The notes under the pieces are model-generated. The model worked only from the letters and a program-made list of their open reading frames with translations, searched no databases and was not told the origin of the DNA. A DNA stretch of 63,300 nucleotides, the filler included, from Reticulomyxa filosa (Eukaryota > Protista > Foraminifera): NCBI GenBank assembly GCA_000512085.1. It is 28 parts of 28 records of this genome, joined end to end, with 100 filler letters (N's around TTAATTAATTAA, not from the genome) between each part and the next. Parts side by side here need not be neighbours in the genome. Positions count along the whole stretch, not along the records: positions 1 to 1,840 come from ASPP01022622.1; positions 1,941 to 8,713 come from ASPP01026361.1; positions 8,814 to 10,130 come from ASPP01043286.1; positions 10,231 to 11,889 come from ASPP01027517.1; 24 more parts are not named here. One strand, written 5' to 3'. Shown piece by piece: positions 1 through 11,989 of the stretch (position 1 is its first letter; each line of letters starts with the position of its first letter). A program made the position numbers and the translations under genes.

Positions 1-550
1 TGATAATGACGACTATGATATAAAGAACGCAAATGAACATGTAGCAAAGCATACATATACGACGTCATAATTTTATGTTTATGGGCCAAATCAACACTTT
101 GTCACGAATGAACATGATCGTGTTTGGTTGATGATTTATTCTTTTTTCATCTTGTTTAAATGCAGTATATTCCTCTGAACTTGTTTATATTTTTAACAGC
201 CTATTTGTATAATTGAGCACAGAATTTTAAATAAAATAACAAATAAAACAAGAAGTCGAATATACAAAGCAAAAAGGCCGATCGATATATGATAGAAAGA
301 CTCGTACTGTTGTGAGTATTTTTAACGTAATCTGAAAACAAGTAAGAAGGCAAATAGTAAAAACGCGTGCTGAATGTGCAAAATTGCAACAAAAAATATG
401 AAACAATCAATGTATTTGTTGATTTATTTACTTAATAAAAAACAAAACTTTATTAGAAGAACTTGTCCTAAATATTTTCAACCAAGTTTGGACATCAAAA
501 AAAAAACAAAAACAGAATTATAAATGTATGCAGATCAAAGAGAAAATGGA

Positions 551-1359
551 TTATTTTGTATCCTGGATAGAGCCATATTGAGTACTGAAATGATTATGAA
601 TGAAAATGCGCTTGTGCTTGCGCTTGCACTTGCACGTATATTTATGATTTTGTGTTTTCAGTCGGCCACACGTATTAAACCAAAGACAGGCTAGTAATGA
701 AAGAATTAAACCAGCGATAACAACCCATAAATGAGTCAAAACTACTTTAAACCATATCTTTGGCTCTATACATTCAAAAAAAAAAAAATTTTTTCTCACC
801 TCCTTATGTATGTACAAAGTGTTGTGTTTTTCGGATTGATATTCGATATTGCACGTGCACACAAAATACATGTACAAACCAAAAGAGTTTGAAGATTGGC
901 TGACAGATGTGCGATATGAATTCTGTTGCTGAGATGTACTTCCTGTCATTTGATCCATTAAATCTGAATATGTGATTGGAAAATATTTTTTTTGTGATGT
1001 TTGATAACAATAACATTGGCTGGGATTGTAATATTTTTCTTTGTTTATTTTCAGGTATTTCTCTTCGCAACTTTTGCAATCACTTGTTATCTTCCATTTA
1101 TCGGCCTCTTTCATGCTCCACGTGGCTTTGTCAAGTGCAAAAGATTTAATTCATTATTCACGTTTATTTCGTTTGTAGTTGCCAGGACGTGTCCGTTAGA
1201 GCATGTTGCCTCTACCGCACGTTCTGTCTTTTCGCTTGACAATTTTAACCAATGTTTCCCATTACTCAAATCATTGCAGCTATTTGGTAGACGTACATTT
1301 GGAGATTCCCTGGCCAATGTTGAACTGATCAACAGAAATAAAAGTGCACAATAATTCAT
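551..1359 (-). CDS. Putative type I membrane/secreted Cys-containing protein, split by a frameshift
   Basis: Signal-peptide-like start MNYCALLFLLISSTLA, then LPNSCNDLSNGKHWLKL..VEATC (loosely like the start of a fibrinogen C-terminal domain). The overlapping ORF 551-1114 has CxxC/CxC motifs and a C-terminal TM segment (LWVVIAGLILSLLACLWF). Confidence 0.45.
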
Positions 1360-1840
1360 TAGTGGCCAGATCTTCTCCAAAAAAAATAAATCTCTCTTTT
1401 GGGCCGACCTTTTTTAAAAAAACATTGGGCTTGATTGCAAAATTTTGCTTGAAGCAACATTTGGCGTACGTGTTTTCATTTTTTATTTTTTTATTTTTTT
1501 GCAAGTGTTAATAGGATTCTCATAAAAAAGAATTAGATGATGTTCTCATAAAACCTACTTTGCTTTGAAAGAATAACGATAATAAGAGGAGGAAAAAAAA
1601 AAGTATGCTTTTTTGAAGTTTACTTTTTAATGCAAATCCACATATAATAACAAAAGGTTAGTTTGGTCGAGCAGAACCGTAATACTCTTGCATTTCTTTG
1701 CTGACCGATCCTTGCACTTCGTTGAAAGCTTTTTCAAAATGTTTCATTTCCAATTTGACATTTTCATTTTGTCTAATAATCTCTTTCAAACGCTTTCGAC
1801 TATAGCTTGCAATATTATTGTCTTGTGCAGAAGAAGAAGA

Positions 1841-1940
1841 NNNNNNNNNNNNNNNNNNNNNNNNNNNNNNNNNNNNNNNNNNNNTTAATTAATTAANNNN
1901 NNNNNNNNNNNNNNNNNNNNNNNNNNNNNNNNNNNNNNNN
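1841..1940. other. Artificial contig-joining spacer (first of 27)
   Basis: N44-TTAATTAATTAA-N44 (stops in all six frames). Identical spacers start at 1841, 8714, 10131, 11890, 13281, 15187, 16785, 20874, 22207, 23695, 27713, 28865, 30714, 35271, 36392, 38069, 39311, 40956, 42237, 47150, 49105, 51439, 53352, 57534, 58869, 60913 and 62074. Confidence 0.99.
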
Positions 1941-1972
<32 letters not shown>

Positions 1973-2000
1973 ATATATGCATGTATTTAAAAAAAAAAAG

Positions 2001-2390
2001 GGGCAAGACGCCACTCGACGGCTGTGGAAACATTACTACTCTGGCACCAGTGCATTAGTATTTGTAGTGGACAGCAATGATAGGGATAGATTGACCAATA
2101 GCGCACGGCCAGTGTTGCATCAATTACTACAGGAAGAACCCTTGAAAGATGCTATTGTGTTGATTTTTGCAAATAAACAAGACATGTCCGAGGCGATCAA
2201 ATCCAAAGAGGAACTAATAAAACTCCTTGACCTTGACAAACTCGGGCCGGAAAGTGATAGTAATAACACTCACAACGACAAGAAAATATGGCATTTGCAG
2301 CTATGCAGTGCTCAGACAGGGGACGGGTGTCGGGAAGGTTTGGATTGGATTAGTCAGACATTACGATCGAAAAAGCGTGCAAATAAATAG
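2001..2390 (+). CDS. Arf/Arl-family small GTPase, last exon (5' part lost at contig start)
   Basis: GQDATRRLWKHYYSGTSALVFVVDSNDRDRL...LIFANKQD (G4)...CSAQTGDG (G5)...EGLDWI. An A-run/AG acceptor precedes it at 1989-2000. Confidence 0.93.
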   Translation, partial: GQDATRRLWKHYYSGTSALVFVVDSNDRDRLTNSARPVLHQLLQEEPLKDAIVLIFANKQDMSEAIKSKEELIKLLDLDKLGPESDSNNTHNDKKIWHLQLCSAQTGDGCREGLDWISQTLRSKKRANK

Positions 2391-3422
2391 TGTTGCTTTT
2401 TTTTTTTTTAAATAATATTCTTGCTTTTTGCATGTCATTTAATTTTTTGCTTTTTGTTTTTGTTTTGTTTTGTTGTGCGTTTTTCAGTATTGCCATCCTA
2501 AATTGTATCGTGCATGTCAACTGTTTGAGGTGAGTTTGCCTTGTTTCCTCAGTTGGTTTGTCAAATGACAATATTGGATGGACTGTTAAAAAGTCAGATG
2601 CTCATTATTTTCTTTTTTGTGTAAATACTTGCTAGCTCTCTTTTTCAGCTCTTCATTCAACCTACTCTGCCTTTACTTTGCATTTTTTTAAAACATCTAT
2701 CACGGCAGATGAAAACAATGAAAAGACTCGCCATTAGAAAAGTTTTAGTTTATAAAGAAAAATTATTTTTAAAAACGTAGTTTAGTGATAGATCAGTTTA
2801 CTTCCGCTACCATTTCATGTACAAATTTGTTCCCTTAAAAATGCATAATTTTGTTGCAGCTTTGGGGCGCCCTTTCCCAAGGGTTTTCTAGCGCTCTTTG
2901 CGTTTTTTAAAAAAATTTTCACAACTGTCTCCTTTACTCTTCAATTTTACCGTACAAAGCTGAAATTGAATAATATCCAATGTTTTTCATAATCTCTTGT
3001 ACTTGTCACCTTTTGGCGTTGTCCAATTCCAGCCTAGTCTTTGCTGTGAAGCGTGCCCTCAATTGGCTTTGTTGTCTTCTTGCGTTGCATTTTTATAACA
3101 CTGACAAGTTTATCGCATTTTTGTCTCAGTTCGTTCTAAATTTTGTATTTATCAAAAGGACATGTAATAATATTACTGGCCATTTACTAGATTTTCATAT
3201 TTTAAATATTTTCGAATGATTTATCATATTAATTCTTTCAATGAGAAATAGAACATGTAATAATTTACAGACAAATGATTCATTATCGAAGTGGGACGTC
3301 CTTTGAATTTCGTTGTTTTCTTACCGTTACACGGGTTGTTTCCTAAAAAAACAGAGCTTTTTTTTGAGACTACCCGAATTTGAAAGAAAGTTTAAATTAT
3401 CTTCCAAATTAAAGCAAATAAA

Positions 3423-5541
3423 ATGAAAAGCGACGAAAGAGTGTGCAAGCGCTGTCGGTGGAAATTATTATTCTTTGCGGCAGTAACATTTGTAGTAGTT
3501 TCTGTGCTGGTGCTGGTGCAACTGCCTTCGTCACAAACAAGCTCGAATGTCTTTCCTGATCGTTATGCCTATAAAAAACCAGCCACCTCACGTAATTCTT
3601 GTAAGTATTGTTAACACTTTCGTCTGAATTAGCCATAGATAACAGGTGATACCGATGAATGACAATTGAATAGATTCTTTGATGAAAGAGTCGATTGGTT
3701 TAGCAACAGGTAATTATATATCTTTTTTTTTATTATAAAAAAAAGAGCCATAAATGTACCAAACAATAACAAAGCAAGAAAAGAGTGATCTACAAGTGAC
3801 GTGTTACAAACTGCATACGCATACGTATCTGGTTTACTTGCATCATAAAAAAAAAAAAAAAAAAAAAAAAAGGAAGGTGCGAAAACGACAAGCAATTTTC
3901 GAGAGAACATAAAAGAAGGATACATGCCATTGGAAAAGGACATAACGTACGAAGGACTATTTTACGACTATAGTTTTGATCTGCGAAGTGAAGAGGACAA
4001 AGCAGGGACAGCGGAGGAAGTGTGCAAAGTGAATGAGTTATTTTGTCCATATTACGTAGAAGCAATTGAGCCAGAAGCGAAAAGCATATATTTGGCAGTG
4101 GGATTGAACTCAGGTATCCAAGAATCAGAGTTTCAGCGAAGGAAGTTGAACCTCGTTGTAGTGTTGGATATTTCAGGATCAATGAATTCGTTCTTTAACT
4201 CATACTATTATGATGCAAATCGCAACTCAGGAAATACTGGAAAAAGCAAGATCGAAGGGGCCAAAAGTGCGGTCATTGGTTTGCTGAAGCATATACGTTT
4301 AAATGAAGATCGCTTTGGAATGGTGTTGTTTGATTCCAACAGCAGAGTGTATCGACCTCTTGAGATGATCAAGTCCGCGCAAGAAATGCAGCAGCTGCAG
4401 ACACGTATTATGGAAGATATTACCATCGGCGGAAGCACGAACATGGAAAGTGGGTTCATGAAGGCTATCGCGTTGTTTGAGGGCATTCGAGGACAATTAC
4501 ACCCTTCATTTGATAATCGTATTATATTCGTCACTGATGCAATGCCAAACACTGGAATGATCAATGGCAATACATTGGCGGACATGATGAAGCGCTACAG
4601 CCAGCACGACGAGGAACACACGCGTATACGTGTGTATACTACTTTCATCGGCGTCGGCGTGGATATGAACTCGGACCTCATCGAACAGATCAGCAAAATG
4701 CAGGGATGCAATTATTATTCCATCCATGGCTACGATGACTTTGTTCGCAAGTTTGATAATGAGTTTGAATACATGGTCACACCTTTGGTCTTTGATTTGC
4801 AAGCTTTTTGCAACTCAACTCAACATCGTCGTCATCGCTGTCTCAAAGTCATGTGGCAAGCTTGGACATTGTCGATGTCTATGGGTCTCCTAATGCAAAT
4901 GCGTCCTCCAATGGAAATTTGATGTTTGTTCACACATTGTTCCCTCTCTTAAAAATCAAACCACTCAAGAAGTCAAAGGTTCGATTTTTTTGTAATAAAA
5001 ATATATATATATATGTATATAATGTATACGTGCTTTATAATAAACCCTCTTTTTTTTGTTAAAAAAAAAACAACATGCAGGTGGGGTGATATTGCTGCAA
5101 CTGCGAACCAACAAAAACCAGAATGACACCGATACCCCTTTTCAAGAAATTAGTTTGGTGTCCTCGTATAAAGACAGAGATGACCGTGAGTACTCGAGCC
5201 AGAAGCAAGTGCATTTGAGATGGAAGTCGCAAGACAGGTATTATGCGAATTTGGGAATACGAAAAGCCGTATTATTGACAAAGTATGTGCAAACTGTCAA
5301 ACAATGGATCAAGCAAGAACGAAGCCATCTTGCCAACAATGACGTCAATACGTGGGAACGACAGTCTACATCTTTGCAGGTTTCAGAAACTTCCAAAATT
5401 TTTTTGTTGCAAATGAAACAGCTGTTTGAACAAGAAATGCAAGTTATCGGAGATTCCAAGTTGCAACAAGAATTAGACATTTTGAACTTTCTCGTTGACT
5501 ACGAGCCCAAAAACAACTCTTCTTCTTTTTCTATTTTTTAG
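3423..5541 (+). CDS. Membrane-anchored von Willebrand factor A domain protein (multi-exon, two homopolymer frameshifts)
   Basis: N-terminal TM (LLFFAAVTFVVVSVLVLV), then SIGLATG..NFRENIKEGYMPLEKDITYEGLFYDYSFD, MIDAS LNLVVVLDISGSM, GGSTNM and IIFVTDAMPN. Intron 4979-5080. The frame is restored by +1 T at 4805-4809 and +1 C at 4942-4944 (giving ..VYGSP..HTLFPS..EVKG|GVILLQL). Confidence 0.85.
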
Positions 5542-5751
5542 TCACCATAACTTCCTCAAATTTTGATACAGTACTCTTTTTCGATTATTGTTTTGGCATG
5601 TTGAAAAAAAGAAAACTGTGCCTTTAAAACATACTGTTTTCCAAACTAAAAAAACACAATCCAGTTTCATGGTCAAATAAAAGAGCATAGCTTTTTCTAA
5701 GAATAATGTCTCTTCCACTTCCTCCAATTCGAGGAGAACCAGAAAATTTCT

Positions 5752-5836
5752 TTTTCTAAAAAACAATTACATTTTCTAAAAAAACAACTACATTTTCTAA
5801 AAAAAATACTAAACATTTCCTAAAAAAAAACAAAAT
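5752..5836. repeat. ~21-bp AT-rich tandem minisatellite (about 4 units)
   Basis: ttttctaaaaaacaattaca / ttttctaaaaaaacaactaca / ttttctaaaaaaaatactaaaca / tttcctaaaaaaaaacaaaa. Confidence 0.7.
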
Positions 5837-6754
5837 TCCTTATTTCTTTGGATGACCACTTCCTGTTTTTGGAGCTAACTTGACTACTTTTGCTTGTTTG
5901 AGTTTTCACAGATGGGTTAGACGACTGCGGCCTATCAAAATTTTTGTCATAAATGCTTTTTTTTACAATGGAATTGACTCCTTTGTGCTGTTTTGTTACC
6001 CGCTTTTATTAGCATGCGAAGTGCCGCGTTGCCACGAGGGCTGCATCGCTTTTTGCTGTGCTGTTTGTGCTTCCGGTGGTATCTTTTGCAAATGTTGCGC
6101 ACTTGTTCTGACAAATGCGTTTCCGTCAGTTGCCTTAAATACACGAGAAATTTTGGACATTTTCAATACTTTTGGAGGCTTTTCCAACGCGGTAAACCAA
6201 AAAAGGTACCACTCTAAAGCTGACCCCTACAAACGTTTACAACTTTATTTACGAAAAATTTTGATTTTTCATCGACGAAATTGCAAATGTTTGAAGGTCT
6301 ATAATTTGTAATCTTCTTTTACATTTACACTACCATGAATCAGGCGCTTTTTTCTATGCTAGTTGCTTAAGTCAAAAAAAAAATTGTGAATGATGGAAAG
6401 TGTGTTTATGAAACAATAATTGATGGTTTACTTAAATCCAAAAGTCAAAAACGTAATCTAACTTTATGTCGACATGTTATTTCTCATTTGAAGATTTTGC
6501 ACTTTGTGGTGTGAAAAAAATCAAATTTAACAGCTTGTATCGTCGACCATAACACAAACAAAACAGAAATGAAAACAAATATTTATATAGTGTTATAGTC
6601 AATACTACGTGACACAGAGCCATAATTGATTCTATCGTTCTCATACAATCATTCCATTTGCCACTCCTTTTATTGTTTAATTTACTTTTAAGTTTACGTC
6701 GCTGCATTCTAGGTCCTGTTTCCCTACAGTATGACGAGACAAATGCCCTGACAT

Positions 6755-6999
6755 TGTGCCCAAATCAAAGAAATCTCAAAATAATTTCAAGATCATTCCC
6801 ACAGTACAAATAAATGTAATACGAAAAGCTTGTTACTGGAATGAACCTTCAATAAAACAACAGTAAATCAAATAAGAAAATAAGTCACAAAACAATGGTG
6901 AAAATAAAGAAACAAGGAAAACTTTTGGCAAAAGTGAAATTTTAGTGACAAAAAGGTTCAAACACCATTTGACAACAGTTAGTAGATCGTTGACCTACA
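6755..6999. mobile_element. Degenerate solo-LTR-like element (TGTAATACGAAA family); left boundary uncertain
   Basis: Core aaatGTAATACGAAAag at ~6812-6828 followed by an A-rich tract. Ends gttgacctaca, like the ends of the 34321 and 48474 copies. No clean TSD. Confidence 0.5.
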
Positions 7000-7289
7000 T
7001 TGATGAAAATTTTTGTTCTTCATTTCATTCAATGTACTCAACATCTAAGGGAATGGAAATATGCCTCTGGACCGGTGAGTGTTGAACGAAATAAAGATAC
7101 AATAGATTGCAGAAAAAACTGCCATACCGATGTGGAATCATTATAAGAGAACCGATTTTCTCCATGAAAAATAACATTTAACAATAATTTTAAAAAATAT
7201 CTACAAATCTTGTAGTATTTAAATATAAAATTTTTTAAAAAAATTTTGGTTGCTATTTTGAGGGTTGCTCTTTGAAATTATTTTATGAT

Positions 7290-7645
7290 GATTGGCGCTG
7301 AACGATTCAGATATCACTGAGGTATTGTTTTCACCCAACTTGATTGGAAAGGAAAGTGAGGGAATTCACAAATTGGTTTACGAAAGTATAATGAAATGTG
7401 ATATAGACATCCATCGAGATTTGTACACGAACACTGTGCTGTCTGGAGGCAAGGCTATGTTACATAATATTTGATGTCAGTTTGACTAAGGAAACGACTA
7501 CCTTAGCTCATACCAGCATCCGAGTAAAAATTGTTGCTCCTCCTGAAAGAAAATGTGTCTGGATTGGAATAAGCATTTTGAGTTAGTTACAAAAGATGAT
7601 TATGATGAAAGTGGGCCTGGTATTGTGAACAGAAAATGCTTTTAA
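7290..7645 (+). pseudogene. Actin pseudogene (3' third only, intronless)
   Basis: [80 protein letters not shown]. It carries frameshifts, an in-frame TAG and a deletion before DYDESGP. Confidence 0.92.
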
Positions 7646-8097
7646 GAACAAAGTGTTTGCGTTTTTTTTTTCTTTCAGCAAACCTTTTTGGTTGTTACGC
7701 AGTGTTGTTTTAGCGTTTTAACTGTTGTATGTAAAACTTGAAGCATGAATACTGAATGGACTTGCTAAATTTTGCAATTACGCTTTTTTTCATTGTGGAC
7801 GGCAAAAAAATTTACTAAAATTTTTTACGTTAAAAAAGTAATTATTACACATTTTTTTGATAGATATATAGCTTGATGTTTGGTTTGTAACTTTTTCACA
7901 TTTTTATGTATTATACTTTTGCAATTTTTAAAAAAAACATTGAACGAAGCTTTTTTTAAACAACAAAGTAATATAGAACACATCTTTCAATGTTTGCGCT
8001 AAATCAAATCAAACAAGTTTAATGTCAACTTACTTTTCTTTTAATCAAACTTTTAAAAAAAACACACACTTTAATTACTTATTGGACAAAAAGTAAA

Positions 8098-8598
8098 TTA
8101 TCCCCAAATACGAATGTGACCTCTGTTTAAACCATAACACAAATTCAAATGATTATTTGTGTTATCTTTCCTTTTCAATTCAATAAATTTAAGACAAATC
8201 ACTGCATAACGGCCTATTTCATCTTCTTCGATTATATGCCATTCACTCTTATTTGATTGAATATCCCAAAAACGAATTGTAGTATCAAATGATCCAGAAC
8301 ATATCACATTCGGATTAACAATACTATTCTTTATCACAAGTGGTGAATATTCAACAGCAGACATCCTATTAGTATGCTCATCGAACACTTGAATTTGTTG
8401 ACCAGATCGAATGTCCCATAAACGAACACTTCCATCACATGATTTAGATAATATTGTATTTAATAATTCATTAGATCCACATTTTACGCTCATCATATAA
8501 TCTGTATGTTCTTTGAGTACACTTAATTGTTTGGTTGTTTCAATATCCCATATTCGAATGGTTTTATTGTATAAAAATATATGTAATCGTCATCTGAA
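8098..8598 (-). pseudogene. WD40-repeat family member (IRIWG* family), interrupted by an LTR-like insertion
   Basis: KTIRIWDIETTKQL..SVRLWDIRSGQQIQVFDEH..CSGSFDTTIRFWDI..HIRIWG*. Similarity degrades upstream and stops at TGTAAGAG (8599). Confidence 0.8.
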
Positions 8599-8713
8599 TG
8601 TAAGAGCTGTTGCTGCGGAAGGAGACTGCACTAAATGTAATACGAAAAGTGATAAACTCTTTCGAGCAGATTTTCAACAACTCAAAGTAATTTAAATAAA
8701 GAAAGAAGAAATG
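8599..8713. mobile_element. LTR-like element end (TGTAATACGAAA family), truncated by contig end
   Basis: Begins TGTAAGAG exactly where WD40 similarity ends. Contains cactaaatgtaatacgaaa, identical to the core of the 48474-48685 copy (reverse complement). Confidence 0.65.
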
Positions 8714-9469
8714 NNNNNNNNNNNNNNNNNNNNNNNNNNNNNNNNNNNNNNNNNNNNTTAATTAATTAANNNNNNNNNNNNNNNNNNNNNNNNNNNNNNN
8801 NNNNNNNNNNNNNCCATTGTTTGCCAATGATTGTCCATCATCCATATTTTGTTTCTTCAAAATCTTTGTTTGATTACCAATCAAATTCTTAATCAATAAA
8901 TTCGGATTTGGTAATCGATTTAGAGATGTTCCTGTCATTGTTTTGGTGGATGTTTTCCCTCTCGTACTTGCGGAAGACTGCGTGCCTTACTTTAGGTGGT
9001 GGGGAGTTTGTGCTGAAGACCGACGACAACCACCCTACACAAATAAACTGCAATAAATAAGTTGCCACAAAAAAAAAACTAAGTGATGAAGACACGAATT
9101 GTACAATACTAAAAAAAAACTTTATATTACTATAAAAAAAAATTTTCCAAAGTAGTTCTTTCTTTTTCTTGTTCGCTTGCTTTTCCTTGACTTGCGCGAA
9201 ATTTCTTGACTGGTATCCTCACAAAATTTCAACTTTTATTTTTCAAAATCTCTTTCAAAAACTTCAAGATGTCAAGTATCTGACCGGTTCGAAGTGTTTC
9301 ACCTTCAAAATACAACTTTTTTCACAAAAGTTAATATCGATGATGAACGGGGTTTTAATGATTTTTTTTTTTTTTTTATTATTATTGAATTACGCCAGAT
9401 CTTCCTTCATTCAACACAAACAGGAAAGTCATCAATTGATATCACACTTTGTTCCGAATCAATTGCAAG

Positions 9470-9932
9470 TTGGTGCAGTAAAACCATGGTGGAGTGATGC
9501 CTTGAGAAGAAAAAGAAAACAAGTTCATGATTAAAAAGAAGGTTCAGAAAGAACAAAACAAAAGTAAATTATTGGAAATACAAAAAGTCTATGAGTGAAT
9601 TGAAGAGAAGATTAAAATAGGAAAAACAAGAGTTTATAATCAAATCAATTGGATCATTGCAAGAAGGTAATACGAAGCAGTTATTCTCGCAATTTAGATC
9701 CATGAATTCAAATAAGATTACTGTCATTCCAGCCATTGTCTCAAACAATCAAATAGCAAGAACAGATAGAGCATTATCAATTGGTCGAAGATGAAATAGC
9801 ATCAGTTGTATGAAAGATGATGAAATTTATTATTTCCAAATTGGAATGAGTACCACCAAAGAGAAATAACAGAAGAAGTGATTGAAGCATTGAGATATAT
9901 ATCAATGAACAAAGCACAAGGACCAGATAATA
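9470..9932 (+). mobile_element. Non-LTR retrotransposon (LINE) ORF2 relic, endonuclease-RT linker
   Basis: KPWWSDALRRKRK...EGNTKQLFSQFRSMNSNKITVIPAIV...EITEEVIEALRYISMNKAQGPDN. The PWW and KAxGPD motifs are typical just upstream of LINE RT. Stops and frameshifts are present. Confidence 0.8.
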
Positions 9933-10230
9933 ATAAAAAAAAAAAAATCATTTTAATATCATTCATCATGATATAAACTTTTGAAAAAAAATTGCATTTT
10001 GAAGGAAGGAAGGAAGCAAAAAACAACTAGATACTGCAACATCTAGCAGTATCTGAACGAAATTCAAAGTTAATCTTCGATTATCAGTAACGATTTTCGC
10101 CGTCAACAAGATTGCGGAAAACAGAAGCAANNNNNNNNNNNNNNNNNNNNNNNNNNNNNNNNNNNNNNNNNNNNTTAATTAATTAANNNNNNNNNNNNNN
10201 NNNNNNNNNNNNNNNNNNNNNNNNNNNNNN

Positions 10231-11470
10231 TGAATAATTCCATGGTTGTGCAAATATTGTACTACTATCACAGCCAATAAAAAAAGCATTAATAGTTACA
10301 ATTGGAAACGAAACATAGATGAAAATAGAATAGAAAAAAAAAGACACTTGAGCAAATATATACATATATGTATACATATATATAAGGTAAACACCGAAAA
10401 TCAATTGTCTGAAGAAATATTTGCACACGTCTTCATCAAAAGCGCCCGCAGATTGGATGATCGAAAACATTTCACGTTCCACGCCGCTGTGTTGAGCTTG
10501 TGTATGCTTGCAAAACTTGCAAACTTCTTGTTGGCGATGTTCGTTCATGTTGCTGTCGTTGATATTGTAATTGTTGATGTGTTCATTGCTGCTGTAATAG
10601 TCCAACGGATAATTGGCCTTGTGGCGATAGTCATTGCCGAAGTCCTTATCCTTATCTTTGTCCTTGGAATGAGCAGTGTTTTTGAGAGAGTCGTTGTGTC
10701 CACACAAATACTAGCAGGAGTTAGCGTGCAATCAAATTGACGACAACGAAGAAGAAGCAGATGAAAAAGATTAGAACGAAGAAGTAAATAAACAAGACAA
10801 CGAAGCAAAAGCGGAAGAAGCAGGTGAAATTTGATGCGTATTGACAGCACAGAAGTGTTGTAAACGATGTTTGTTGACAAAATCATGTGCTCCTTCGTTG
10901 AGGCCATACCGAGTTCCATATCCATGATCGCCCGTCCGATGAATTTCGTCTTCATGGTCTTCTTCATGTTCGTCGTCATCATCATGGTCATCTTCTCCTA
11001 TGCTCGACGATGTGGACGTGGTATCACTGAAGTCATTATTATTATTATTTTATTGTTGTTATTGTTGTTGTTAAGTCTGGAAAGTATTGATTGCACCTCG
11101 GCCTTAACAAGTTGGGGCTGGAAGTCGACGATAAATTCTCATCTTCATCATCCACTGTCAATAGTATGACATTGTAAAAAGACGACTTGAGACAAAAGTT
11201 GCAGCAGCCGCAATCGGGTGCAATAGCGTCCGAGCAGCGGTACATTCGAATGCACTTGGACCAGGTTGATTATATTCTCATGACGCACCAATTGCAAGAT
11301 TCGGATTTCATTTTTGATGTGGTGCTTCAGTTTCTTCCGATCAACGGCTTATGTCTATAATCTTTATTGCATAATATCTTCTACTCGCCGCTTTCGTTGG
11401 CCTCTTTTTCCACCTCCATACTATCACTCATCTCTCCAAATCCATACACTCCGATCACTGCACCGCTTAT
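10231..11470 (-). CDS. Ser/Thr protein kinase fragment with a long low-complexity insert (frameshifted, truncated at contig end)
   Basis: YYAIKII (subdomain II, ~11355-11380); IKNEIRILQLVRHENIINLVQV (III-IV, ~11250-11320); EMFSIIQSAGAFDEDVCKYFFRQLI (V); VQYLHNHGIIH (VIa) at the contig end. Confidence 0.75.
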
Positions 11471-11989
11471 CTTTACGCAAGCTTCCTATTGTTATTATTG
11501 TTATTGTCATTGTTGCTTTATTTGCTCATTGGTATCCTCTTCTTCATGGCTCATTTGACTCCGATGCATTGCTTTTCTTCCACTTAGCCTGTCCTAGTGC
11601 TCCTGATGATGATACCAACTGTGTTGGTGTTGCGATTGGGGCTGAGACTGAGGTCGTCTACCGCTTCTATACGATGGTGACACTTGAGCAAATGATAGAA
11701 AACTATCCGCACCATCATTATCAGTGTTTGTGAGCATGATTTCTTAGAGGTCAGATACATACAAAAATGATTAGATATAAACTTGAAAAACAATAAATAA
11801 TTCCTCCCTTTTTTTTCACTTCTCCTTTTTTTCTTCTAAAAGACGTTGCAAGCAGTTGATAAACTAAAACTTTCTCACAAAAACAGTTTNNNNNNNNNNN
11901 NNNNNNNNNNNNNNNNNNNNNNNNNNNNNNNNNTTAATTAATTAANNNNNNNNNNNNNNNNNNNNNNNNNNNNNNNNNNNNNNNNNNNN

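Noticed and set aside
1885-1896. Recurring TTAATTAATTAA palindrome as a biological repeat or CRISPR-like array
   Set aside because: Always centred in exactly 44+44 Ns; it is a synthetic six-frame-stop linker.
8994-9035. Hammerhead-like string GGTGGT..CTGAAGA..GACAACCACC
   Set aside because: It has GACA, not GAAA, lacks stem I/II pairing and has no UH cleavage site.
9667-9677. GTAATACGAAG as another LTR-family core
   Set aside because: It lacks the preceding T and the GAAA, and it lies in LINE ORF2 coding sequence (GNTKQ).
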